Below, piece after piece: positions 53,518 to 64,000 of a DNA stretch of 64,000 bases. Made by a program: the position numbers and the translations under genes. The notes beneath the pieces were generated by a model. The model saw nothing but the letters and a program-made list of their open reading frames with translations, was not told the DNA's origin and ran no database searches. Source of the stretch: Podarcis cretensis (taxonomy: Eukaryota); the NCBI GenBank assembly GCA_951804945.1, contig OX638154.1, positions 49,538,001 to 49,602,000 on the forward strand, read 5' to 3'. The stretch's first letter is position 1. Every line of letters starts with the position of its first letter.

Positions 53518-53749
53518 CAGTGGTGGAGAAAGGGGGATGCAGTGGGGGCAGTCCGCCCTGGGTGTCATCCCAGGGGTGTGACAAAATCCCCCCCCCCCGG
53601 GCATATCGCTGCCCCACTAATTGCCCCCCAGGCGGATCACTCAGCCCCGTGGGCAGATCGCCCCACCCCCTGGATGGATTGCCCCGCCCCCAGGTGCACA
53701 GCATGTGCACCACTCCAGGTGCCCGCCCGAGCGGCTAGCTCTGCCGCTG
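53518..53749. mobile_element. GC-rich hAT (Tip100-like) MITE
   Basis: CAGTGGTGGAG...CTCTGCCGCTG; flanks GGGTGG(A/G). Confidence 0.6.
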
Positions 53750-53835
53750 GGGTGGGGAATCCCAAAAGGGCAATGAATCAGCCACTCTGCCTGGGGAACT
53801 TTCACCCTAATTGTCTCTCCCTTTCTCTCCTGCAG

Positions 53836-53963
53836 AATGGCAATGTTGACAATCCTCATTGTAGTGGAATAGAAGGTATCCTTGAAGCCTATCACCAGAG
53901 CCTCAAGACCGTCCAGCTCTATGGTCCAACTAATTTTGCACCGGTGGTTAACCACGTGGCTAG
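53836..53963 (+). CDS. CPNE5: Copine-5 exon I: [42 protein letters not shown](R)
   Basis: tgcag acceptor, GTATGT donor, 128 nt; LYGPTNFAP motif. Confidence 0.94.
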
Positions 53964-54279
53964 GTATGTCTCATCAGTGCAAGGTATCGTCACAAAGCAT
54001 GACAAATGCTAGCTGTGGTTGGAAATGACCCGCAGGTACTGAGAATGCAACTCCTATGCTTATGGGCATATTTGGATGGCTGATGATGTTCTGGTAGCTT
54101 CTTACAAACCACGAAGCGAGATAACCAGCATAGCCTAATGAAAATGTGGGTTGGTAAAATTCTCCTTACTTCATACCCATGCTATTTTAAACATCCTTTT
54201 CAATTCATTATATATGATTTGCCAGTAAGCTTTAACCTTACTACAAGACCATATGTCTTTCAGAATGTGGAGTGTTTAG

Positions 54280-54492
<213 letters not shown>

Positions 54493-55950
54493 TAAGATCT
54501 GCCAACAAACAAAAGTGTAACTGCACCTGCCAGGATGGGGGGTAAAATAGTTTCAGGTAGGCAATGTAATATGCTAGAGAGTTAAGATCCTGGGAATTCA
54601 AGCCGGGGGGGCGGGGGCGGGGGGAGCATGTAGCCACAGCACAGATCCTTTCCCACTGCAAAAAGGTCAAACATTCACTAGCCTCACAGGAACTCCACAT
54701 AAGAGCACTAAATATTATTAAAAAATATATATGCTGTTCCTTCTTTACCTTGTAGCCATTTTCTGCCCACATGTTAACAACATGACTGATACAGCACTTC
54801 TAATCAGATTTAGAACTCGCATAGTGCTTAACTTAATTAGTAACCCTGCACAAGCCTGTAAAGTAGACCCACATTTTAAAGGTGAGGATAACCAAATCAA
54901 GCAGCAAGCCTAAAGCTTGGGTCTTCCCAACTCACTCTTTTAACCACTGTCTGCCATCCTCTGTTATCTCCTGCCTGATCAAAACAGCTGATGAAAGATT
55001 AAGGGTGAGAGAAAATGACTTGCCCAAGGCTAATTTGCCCATTGCTCAGGCAGGCTTTGAACTCAGGCCTCCCAGGCAACTTTGGGTATCAGCTGGACCA
55101 CATGAACTCACAGCAGCGTCCTATTTGCACCTTAATTGCTTTAAGCACCCAATCACTTCTCTGGGCAATTTTCCTTTTATCTCCTCCTATCCATGTGCTG
55201 TGTTGTGGATGAGGGGTGCTCATTATTAAACTGTTCCAGCCCGGCCAGAGATCAGCCCAGCAAAGAACACACTGATGATTACGCCATCTGTGTTTTTAAC
55301 AGCTAAATACAATCAGTGATTGCTGATGGGGAAGAGAAGGAAGCTTGATAATTGGATAAAAAGACAGTGTGTGTGTTAACAACAACAACAACAACAAAAG
55401 AGTTCCTGAAGGTGTTTGGCAGGCAAGCAGAATGGAAAGCACAAAGCGTATCACTGCGATTTCTTTAAATAACACAATGGCAAAGCCCATTAGCAAGCAG
55501 GAGAGCATTAGGGTCAGGGAGAGGTCTCAGAAAGGGTTGTTTCTATAAGCAAACAGAAGGGCTTAGCCTATTAAAATTGGAAGAGGCGGCTAAATAAATT
55601 GGGTGAATTTGCTCCCTTTTTCTATGGAAGCAGCAGTTCCTTGATAAATCAGTTGTGACAATGGGTTAATTCTGATTCCATGACTATGTTAGTTTAGCAC
55701 CGTGGAGTGTGAATTGGCTCCCGCCCCATCTCCCGCATGGCAATATTCTCAAAATATTTTGCTACCCATATAAGGACGAAGTGGCATTTTGTGCTTTTTA
55801 AAAGGTCCAAAGTCTGCACGTATAAAGTGTGATCAGAGTTAAATATACAAATATGCTGCAAAGGAGTGGGGGTAGGGCTAGACTGGCAATATGCCATTAC
55901 AACCAGCAGCAAACTTAGCAATGCATTTAAAAAGACAAATCTCTCTTCAT

Positions 55951-56631
55951 TGTTCATACGGAATATGGGGAGCGGGGGAACTCAAAGACCAAGTTCTGCT
56001 CCCCCTGGTGTAGTTATTGTGGCGATCACACAGGGTCACAGGACGTTTCACCGTCTATTGATCCCTGTGCCACCACTTTATTTCTCACTGCCACTACCCA
56101 GGCCCTACCTGGTACAATACTGAGTCCAATCAGGGTTAAATTGGAACATAAACTTCTATTTATTGCAGTTTAACAAGCGTTTGGTTTCACAAACGGTCAC
56201 AATTACAATCATTGGGTGCCTATCCAGACCTATAACTTCTGCTGCCGCTCTCACTCACTAAACCACCTCTCAGATTTTACTTGTCTTCCCAGCTCCTAAC
56301 TGTTCCTGACTCAGCTTATTTCGCTACACTAACTCAACCTCCCCACAGACTCTATCCCAATTCACTCCCACTCCAACCAACCTCCCAACGAACTCTCCCC
56401 TTCACCCCTCCTAGAGCTGGTTTTATAGTCCCTCTGACTCCACCCTCCTGGGTTCTGATTGGGTAACCTGTTTAACCTTTTCACCTCCAGCACTCTCATA
56501 TGTTAATGTCACAGTTATCACAAAAACTGATTTTTGTGAATCGCACATGAGGATCATGTTCTCAATATGGTTAAGAGTTGCACTGCCATGGCTTGCTGGA
56601 CACCCCACTACTCAAGTTCCACATGTGAACA
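55951..56631 (-). mobile_element. Probable solo LTR
   Basis: TGTTCA...TGAACA termini; CCAAT (~56460), TATAAAA (~56425) and AATAAA (~56160) in order on the - strand; TSD poorly preserved. Confidence 0.5.
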
Positions 56632-57258
56632 TGTCATTGGGCATTTGAAATTCCACCAGTCATTATATAAATCAGATGTGGGAACACCTTTTCCCCTCCA
56701 GGTGTCACTTAACTACAACTCCCTGCATTCTTGGCCATTGGCCATGCTTGCTTGGACTGATGGAAGTTCTAGCTCAGCAGCATCTTTAGGGCCAAAGGTT
56801 CTCCTGCCTGATACAAATGAATAACTATAAAATTATTGCACATATGTCTTTAAAAGGCCTAGATCACCATAATCTTCCACTTATAATTCGGACTGGCTTT
56901 GGTTCTAGCTTTCTTATATTTCTCTGCCAAAAGCAAGCAACAGCTGCTCTGTTCCCACTTCCCAATATGATTTACCTTTAATGCAAATATTCATAACCAA
57001 GCAGTGCTAAAGCTAGCCCAGGGGTAGGGAATCTGGGACTTCCCAGATGTTGTTGCATCCCTGACCACTGGCTGTGCTTGCAACAGACTCCCCATCCCAT
57101 CTCTGCCCCACACAATCTATGTCCTGATTTCTGACACATCACTTTGCAGCTTTCTGTTTTGAATTCACGCTCTTGTTTTCTCTCTTCCTCTCCTTCCCAT
57201 ATCAACCCCAACCCCCTGCCACACTCATCTTCCTTCCTTCTTTCCTGTTGACTCTCAG

Positions 57259-57316
57259 GCTGCCAAGCTTCCTATGTCCATAATCATTGTAGGAGTTGGA
57301 CAGGCTGAATTTGACG
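57259..57316 (+). CDS. CPNE5: Copine-5 exon K: AAKLPMSIIIVGVGQAEFD
   Basis: ctcag acceptor, GTAAGA donor, 58 nt; PMSIIIVGVG motif. Confidence 0.94.
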
Positions 57317-57442
57317 GTAAGAACTTTTGTGCAAACAGTCATGAAATATGATGACTTTCAAATGCTTTGGCTGAAAGGCTGAATCCTATGCTCCTGCTAC
57401 AATGGCAGCTGCTATCCCAGAGGTTAAGGCCAGTAGGAGATA

Positions 57443-57682
57443 CCGTATTTTTCGCTCTATAAGATGCACCAGACCATAAGACACACCTAGTTTTTGGAGG
57501 AGGACAACAAGAAAAAGATGTTCTGAATCTCAGAAGCCAGAACAACAAGAGGGACCACTGCGCAGCGAAAGCAGTGATCCTTCTTGCTGTTCTGCAGCCT
57601 GCATTCGCTCCATAAGATGCACACACATTTCCCCTTACTTTTTAGGAGGGAAAAGGTGAGTCTTATAGAGCAAAAAATATGG
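57443..57682. mobile_element. Tc2-like MITE, short relative of the element at 21019-21830 in the opposite orientation
   Basis: TA-CCGTATTTTTCGCTCTATAAGA...TCTTATAGAGCAAAAAATATGG-TA. Confidence 0.8.
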
Positions 57683-58149
57683 TAGTTGCGATCTATGCTT
57701 AGCCAGCAGCAAAACCAACAGAACCATGTCCAGCAATAGGCACTAATATAGCAGTGCTGACAGAAACACCCATAGCAATTCTGGTATCGCCCACCCACTG
57801 CAGCTTCGGATACTAGCGGTGACAGTGGATTAGCCATTCTCAGAAAGCAGAAAAACATATATTGTAAATAATACATTGATACCATCCAACCAGATCCTTA
57901 TCTCCCCCATCTGGCTGAGTTTGGCTGGTGAGTGACCTGTCAGTCACCTGACATCAGTTAATACAATTTTGCCCACATGGTTTGGAATCAAGCCATGCAG
58001 GCAAAGGCACGGTGCTTTGCAAGCCCTGGCGTGGTGCTTGCATAGTGGTGTGTGGCATATTTTGCTCTGCATGGGGGAATGACAGTGCCTGCCAACCCCC
58101 GTTAGCCCCAACTGCATCTCCACCTGCAGAGGGTAAGTGGGCATGGTGC

Positions 58150-58465
58150 CAGTGGCAGAGGAAGCCTCTTGGGCACCTGGGGCGGCGCACCCAGGGGCAG
58201 GGTGAATCGGCCATAGGTCGGAGGCGTGTGGTGCCCTTAGTAGGGACAGAGCATGCAGTGCCCTTAGGGAAGGACGGAACGGGGGCACCCTACAGCTGGG
58301 GTGAGGCAGCAGGCAGACATTGTGGAGCCTGCAGGCACCCGAGATGCATGGCTCTGGCGCGCTGCAGGCCCTGCTGTGAGTGCCGCCTACCATTTTGTCA
58401 CACCCCCCCAGTGGGGGCACCTGGGGTGGGCCGCACCTACCGCACTCACCCTTGCTACGCCCCTG
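58150..58465. mobile_element. GC-rich hAT (Tip100-like) MITE
   Basis: CAGTGGCAGAG...CTACGCCCCTG; perfect 8-bp TSD CATGGTGC. Confidence 0.78.
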
Positions 58466-58972
58466 CATGGTGCTCCTTTGCAAGCAACATCCATGCAGAA
58501 AAACCACTTGAAAAGAAGGGTGCTCCTTTGGGTGCAAAGGAGAGTCAGAAGAATTAACTCCACTTCTCTTGGTCAGGGGGACGTAGAGCAAAATTTCCTC
58601 CCCACCCTCCTGCTCCTGGCTGAATGCCCAACCCCAAAACTACTTTAGTTCTACAGGTGGTCCCCAGGTTAGCTCAGGGCAGGTGACCCTGATTCGGGAC
58701 CCCTGCATCCATGACACGGGGCAGATAGGGACAGCTGTGCCCTACAGTCACTATAGATTTGCAAATATTCCTATAGGCATTGAATGATGCATGATTAGCC
58801 CAGTGTGATATTCAGTCGTACCTTGGAAGTTGAACAGAATCCATTCCGGAAGTCCGTTCAACTTCCAAAACATTTGGAAACCAAAGCTCAGCTTCTGATT
58901 GGCTGCAGAAGCATCCAAAAGCATGCAAAAGGCTGAAAGGCTGTATAATGAAATCAACGGGTAGAATGGTAT

Positions 58973-59324
58973 AGGTAAAGGTACCCCTGCCCGTACGGGC
59001 CAGTCGTGTCCGACTCTAGGGTTGTGTGCTCATCTCACTTAAGAGGCTGGGAGCCAGCGCTGTCCGAAGACACTTCCAGGTCACGTGGCCAGCGTGACGA
59101 AGCTGCTCTGGCGAGCCAGCACCAGCGCAGCACACGAAAACGCCGTTTACCTTCCCGCTATAAAGCGGTACCTATTTATCTACTTGCACTTAAGGGTGCT
59201 TTCGAACTGCTAGGTGGGCAGGAGCTGGGACCAAATGACGGGAGCTCACCCCTCCACGGGGATTCGAACCACTGACCATATGATCGGCAAGTCCTAGGCA
59301 CTGAGGTTTTACCCACAGCGCCAC
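58973..59324 (-). mobile_element. Sauria SINE
   Basis: reverse complement of the SINE body, GGATTCGAACC B box. Confidence 0.88.
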
Positions 59325-59626
59325 AGAATATAACAGATTAATTATATCTTGCAGTGAGCAATGAGAAACAGACATTGATAGGGCCATCAGTAGAGCAAAT
59401 TACAATACACGAAATGAAAATTGAAGGTGGTTTTCCTGCTCTGAAAGAAGATAGTGGAGCTCTTTTCTCAAACTGCCTTTTTCAGATAATGGAACAGCTT
59501 ATCAGTCATGGCATAGAGGAGTTTTGTTGGCCTCCTGCAGTCTTTTACTCCTTTGCACCCTTACTCATGCTATGTATTATTAACCCACCTTCCTTCCTTC
59601 CATTCATCCCTCCCCACAATGGACAG

Positions 59627-59700
59627 CCATGGTGGAGCTGGATGGAGATGACATTCGAATCTCATCCCGTGGAAAGATTGCAGAACGTGACATTGTCCAG
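59627..59700 (+). CDS. CPNE5: Copine-5 exon L: (A)MVELDGDDIRISSRGKIAERDIVQ
   Basis: acag acceptor, GTATGT donor, 74 nt, phase 1 to 0. Confidence 0.94.
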
Positions 59701-60710
59701 GTATGTTTTTTAATTTTTTTTAAAAATAAACCACAATCTGCCTTGTGTGCCAGTCTTGTTGCAGAACAGGCAAGAGCTGAAGAGCCTCCGTGCTTCAAAG
59801 CTGACTTGTGTTAGTCAGTGTGGGGGTTTTCAGCTCACTTTCAGGGTGTCAGGAGACCCAACAGCAGCTGTTACTCTGCTTTCCTGGCAGGCAGTGGAGA
59901 CTTGTCCAGTGGAAGGAATGGCTTGCTGCCCCACCAACCTTGAACTTGCCCTCAGCCCACCCCCACCTGCCTGCCTGCCTGCCTGCTTACAACCAACCCA
60001 GGGGGTGGCACTGCCTGCCAGCTTCCTCCTTCATCTCAGGGTTGCCAGAACTCAACCAGGAGGAGGAAAACTAGGACAAAACCGGGGCAAGTTGGCTCTG
60101 CCTGTGGTTGGCTCTGGCTGCACCTACTGTTGCACTCCCCTACCTTCCAGCTCATGAGTCCTAATGGGACACCAGTCACCACTACCAGCAAGGTGGGTCT
60201 CTATTGCTTGCTGGGAGGGTGAGGTTGGTGTGGTGTGAACACACTAGCAGAGCCAGTCTGGCATCTTTGCACTGCACTGACTTCCCTGCCCATCCTAGTA
60301 AGCAAGAGCAACCCACCTGCTGGCAAGCTAGTATAATGGTTCCACTGCACCAGGCAAACCATTTCTGATCCTCACTGAACTGAATGTGCCAAGACAGGGT
60401 TCTCTGAGTTACATGGTTCCCTAGCTCCAGTTGTCTTGCATCACTCTGAATATGCACCTGAGTAGAAGAAAGAAAACAAGGCTGTCAGGGATGGGTGAGA
60501 AGTATTGCCAGGGCAACAGCTCAGTGACGGGGCATGTCCTCACATGCAGAACGTGCCAGGCTCAATATTTGGCATCTTCAGTTAAAAGGATGATAGGATA
60601 GCAAGGTGCCATGAAAGACCTCTCAGGTACATACTCCAGAGAGCTGCTGCCAGTCAGCTTAGACTGGCCCAAATGCAATAATAGTGTATCTTGATACAAG
60701 GCAACTTCCT

Positions 60711-61056
60711 GTTGGACTATGCTGAAATGGCAAAGCTGGCCAGAAAGCTCAGAAACCAAGAAGACAAAAAATTCCCATTCAAGGAAGAATGGGGGGAAAA
60801 TTATAGTCTATTTAGGAGACCATTGTAAACAGATGAAAACATTAGCAGGATTTTAATAACACTTATAATGTAACAAACACTATGGACAATATAGAGAGAG
60901 AGAGATGTGAAATAATATGCACTTGAAAATGTTGACAGTAGGACCCATGGAAGTCTGGAGATTCAGAGAAATCTCTAAATATGATGATCTATTTGGTATT
61001 GTTATAACTTTACTTTTGTAAAAACAAATAAACGTGTGTGGGGTTTTTTAAAAAAA
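60711..61056 (+). mobile_element. 5'-truncated L1 3' fragment
   Basis: ORF2 end (YAEMAKLA), AATAAA, A tail, perfect 18-bp TSD GATACAAGGCAACTTCCT (60693-60710, 61057-61074). Confidence 0.82.
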
Positions 61057-61380
61057 GATACAAGGCAACTTCCTATATTTTCTAATATGTATTTAATTCT
61101 GTAGCCCACCCCATCCTGAAGATTTGAGGTGAGTAACAATCAAAAGGCATAGCCTATCAAAAGAGTTTAACTTACCAGAGAGCAGCAAATTCCATTGCAA
61201 AGCTGGGGAGGTTTTGGCGCGATCTCTGCCTGGCGAACTGCTCGAGTTTTGCCACCTGTGATCTTTCTATACTAATGCGGTCCAGCCTTCCTGGATCAGG
61301 GAAGTCTCTGTTGTAAGGCTATAGATTGCCTTTTGAATGATTTGCCTTTCATGCCTTCGATATACTGTTCTCTCTCCCAG

Positions 61381-61569
61381 TTTGTCCCATTCCGAGATTA
61401 CATTGACCGCACAGGAAACCACGTCCTGAGTATGGCTCGGCTGGCTAAGGATGTTCTTGCTGAGATTCCCGACCAGTTCATCTCCTACATGAAGGGACGC
61501 GGCATCAAACCCAACCCATCTCCACCTCCGTACACCCCCACAGGCCACACCCTTCAGACAGAAATCTGA
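61381..61569 (+). CDS. CPNE5: Copine-5 terminal coding exon: [62 protein letters not shown]
   Basis: ctcccag acceptor at 61380, TGA at 61567-61569; frame continuous across all 13 exons. Confidence 0.94.
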   Translation, partial: FVPFRDYIDRTGNHVLSMARLAKDVLAEIPDQFISYMKGRGIKPNPSPPPYTPTGHTLQTEI

Positions 61570-62443
61570 ACGCCAGGAGAGGAAAGCAGCACTTGGGGGC
61601 AGGTGCCTACGAAACACAGGTCACTCTCTTGGATCAGCTCTCAACTTTCTGCGGGCAGACTGACATCCGGGCAGTGATCACACCACAAAATGAAAATCTA
61701 CAGTGTACTCTTTTCTGCAAAAAAAATAAAAATAAAAATCCTCTCTGAGAGCTGGTTTATTGCTGCCATTCCGGCACACCAATGTGCATCGTTGGAAGGA
61801 CGGACCAGCCGTGAAACCTGGGGGGAAATAAGGATTTTAATTTCATTTCATTTTCTTAAAGGACAAGACCTGTTGTTGGCAAGTTTCCTCGTTTCCTATT
61901 TGGGGAGATCACCGTGGTGAGAGAAGTCCAGCCTGTCTTGGTAGGCCTCATAAGGAGGCACAGATCATTCATTTCTCTATGGTTTGTGTGATGAAGCAGC
62001 CCTTTTTTCCATGCATCTTCCCTTGCCCCACCCCTTACAGCTGAATGATTTGGGGTCTTCTTCTTTTTTAAGCCCATGTATAGTCCAGCTGCCACCTCAA
62101 GTCTTCTGACACTTCTTCCTCGCTTTGTAACGGCTCAGCTTATGGATTGACCTGGCAGGTTGAATATTGTGATCAAGTGACCGTGTGATGTCGTCTCTTA
62201 ATGCTGCTGGTGTTGCTGCTGTTCTTTGTACTGCATCCAGTCCCTAAATTGCTTAATTCCCGCCCCCGCCCCCTTATTCTTTGTAAATCTACTTTGACAA
62301 ATATTTGTGCAGGCCTGGATTGTTTGTTCCTTGCTTGTTTGGTTTTTGTGACTCTGTTAAGTCCCTTTTGCATTTTTTAACCCCTGGTTTTCAGCAAATT
62401 GCTGTCTAGATTTGATATCTGAGAAGGTATTATTGTGCAGGGC

Positions 62444-62445
<2 letters not shown>

Positions 62446-62497
<52 letters not shown>
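62446..62497. repeat. (GA)26 microsatellite in the probable 3'UTR
   Basis: directly visible. Confidence 0.95.
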
Positions 62498-62500
<3 letters not shown>

Positions 62501-62502
62501 AA
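62497..62502 (+). terminator. Candidate distal polyadenylation signal AATAAA
   Basis: AATAAA at the end of the (GA)n tract, followed by T-rich sequence; MITE-like repeats resume downstream. Confidence 0.45.
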
Positions 62503-63224
62503 TGGGCCTTATTTTTGACCACTTCGCACTTCTGCCCATCAGAGTGATAACTTACAAGTGGTATCCTCAGTCAGGATGATCTTGAAGTTTGGGCTTCATA
62601 GAGTGTGTTCATAGAGTGACAGGAAAAGTTACTTCCCAGGGTTATGTAGGAATGGGCATAGCTCCTGTGTTGCACTTTGGTATGTCCTTTCTTCATTTCA
62701 GCCTTTGCAGAACATGGACCTGCTATATAAAAACTCCAGCTTGGCATGGATCAGAAAAGCTGCATATAACTCTGAAAGCTGCTCTCCCCACCTGGTGCTC
62801 TCCAGATGTTTTGAGCTGCAATTCCCATCAGCTCCAGGCAGCGCCCAGTGAGGCTTGTAACTCAAAACATCTGGCAGACAGCAATTTGGGGAGGCTGTTC
62901 TAAAGCAGTGGTGACCTACCAGATGTTGCTGGACTCAGCTCCCATCATCCCTGACCATGCTGACTGGGGCTGACAGGAATTGGATTCCAACATGATCTGG
63001 AGGACCACAAGGTCTCCTGCTGTGCTCTGACACAAAACCATACTCAGACTCGTAGAATTTTCCAAACTCTCCCCTGGAAAGCCCCTGGAAAGGTTAGCGG
63101 GGTTTTGTGTTTGTTAAAAAAATTGTTTATGTACATATTTATTTCCATTTATATCCCTGTCCAGAAATTATAGACAAGTGCCCTTTTAATGATTTTGATT
63201 CACTCATGGATGAAGCCCTCACCC

Positions 63225-63226
63225 AT

Positions 63227-63269
<43 letters not shown>

Positions 63270-63610
63270 TTATTTCATTTATTTATTTATTAAATTTGTA
63301 TACCTCCCTTCACCACAAGATCTCAGGGCAGGTTGCAGAATAAAAATACAAGTAAATAATTAAAACAAAAATAAAATAACGCTGCCCCTTTCCCACAGAC
63401 ACATTTAAAAAGCTGTAGAATACTAATCAGCCAAAGGTCTGGTTGACGAGAAATGTTTTTGCCTGGTGCCCTAAAGTATATGATGCAGGTGCCAGGAGAA
63501 CCTCACTGGGGAGAGCATTCCATATATGGGGGGCCACTGCAGAGAAGGCTGGTTCTCGTGTTGCCACACTCTGGGCCTCACGTGGAAGAGACACACAAAG
63601 GGAAGCCATT
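63225..63610 (-). mobile_element. L2-like LINE 3' fragment with (TTTA)n tail
   Basis: translates AFSAVAPHIWNALP on the - strand, typical of the L2 RT C-terminus. Confidence 0.7.
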
Positions 63611-64000
63611 AATCCAGCCCATCAACTGCCCCACCTGCAGACGTCAAAGAGAAGTAGAGCTGTGTGTCACCAGCGTATTGCTGGCATATTGCCCGTTGCC
63701 ACTTCCTCCTTATTTACCACTCCTTCACCTGTATTGTCTCTCAGTATTCCAGATCCAGTTCCCTTACCCCAATCACTAACCAACCGTACTACCAGGGTAT
63801 TTCATTCTCTCTCGCATATCTACCTTCCAGAGCAGCACTGATTCCCAAGGGTACTTCGGGCAGCTGCCACCCCTATGTGATCTAGGTAAGGAGCTCCTGG
63901 AAGCTATTCATGAGTCTCCAGGGCAGAAATGGGGAACCTATGGCCCTCCAGATGTTGTTGGACTACAGCTACCATCGTGCTTCACCACTGGCCATTTAGA

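Larger units (their letters stand above)
61570..62520 (+). other. CPNE5: Probable CPNE5 3'UTR (end approximate)
   Basis: follows the stop codon; no recognisable transposon sequence; AATAAA at 61725-61730, 61731-61736 and 62497-62502. Confidence 0.55.

Noticed and set aside
53964-53990. Intron start reads RYVSSVQG, echoing the next exon (RYAAAVQD), with a downstream GT
   Set aside because: Only 13/20 nt identity; the alternative donor/acceptor combination is off by one base, and read-through stops at 54012. Probably chance.
55694-55714. REST/NRSE-like site TTTAGCACCGTGGAG
   Set aside because: The right half-site (GGACAG..CC) is poorly matched.

Overview
Vertebrate genomic DNA, almost certainly from a squamate; the (ACCTTT)n-tailed Sauria/Squam1 SINEs suggest a lacertid-like lizard. 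The + strand carries the last 13 coding exons of a copine gene best matching CPNE5 (C2B domain, vWA domain and tail). They total 1224 nt (407 aa + stop), all introns are GT-AG with consistent phases, and the 3'UTR follows; the 5' exons lie outside the window. The introns are dense with transposable elements. The main structure is a full-length antisense L1 (20743-30620) with a target-site duplication (TSD), hosting three nested elements: a Tc2-like MITE with a palindromic minisatellite, an internally deleted Chapaev3-type DNA transposon with CAC...GTG ends and RAG1/Transib-like motifs, and a solo LTR. Most notable candidates: (1) an antisense ATG ORF in the L1 5'UTR with a GTGAGT donor in phase with the next CPNE5 exon (ORF0-like fusion); (2) two diverged solo LTRs that keep the same open frame ending in an Arg-rich motif; (3) a templated insertion apparently copied from a site 28 kb away; (4) PPxY and PDZ-type motifs in the CPNE5 tail. 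All family assignments come from motif recognition and recall; no database search was run.
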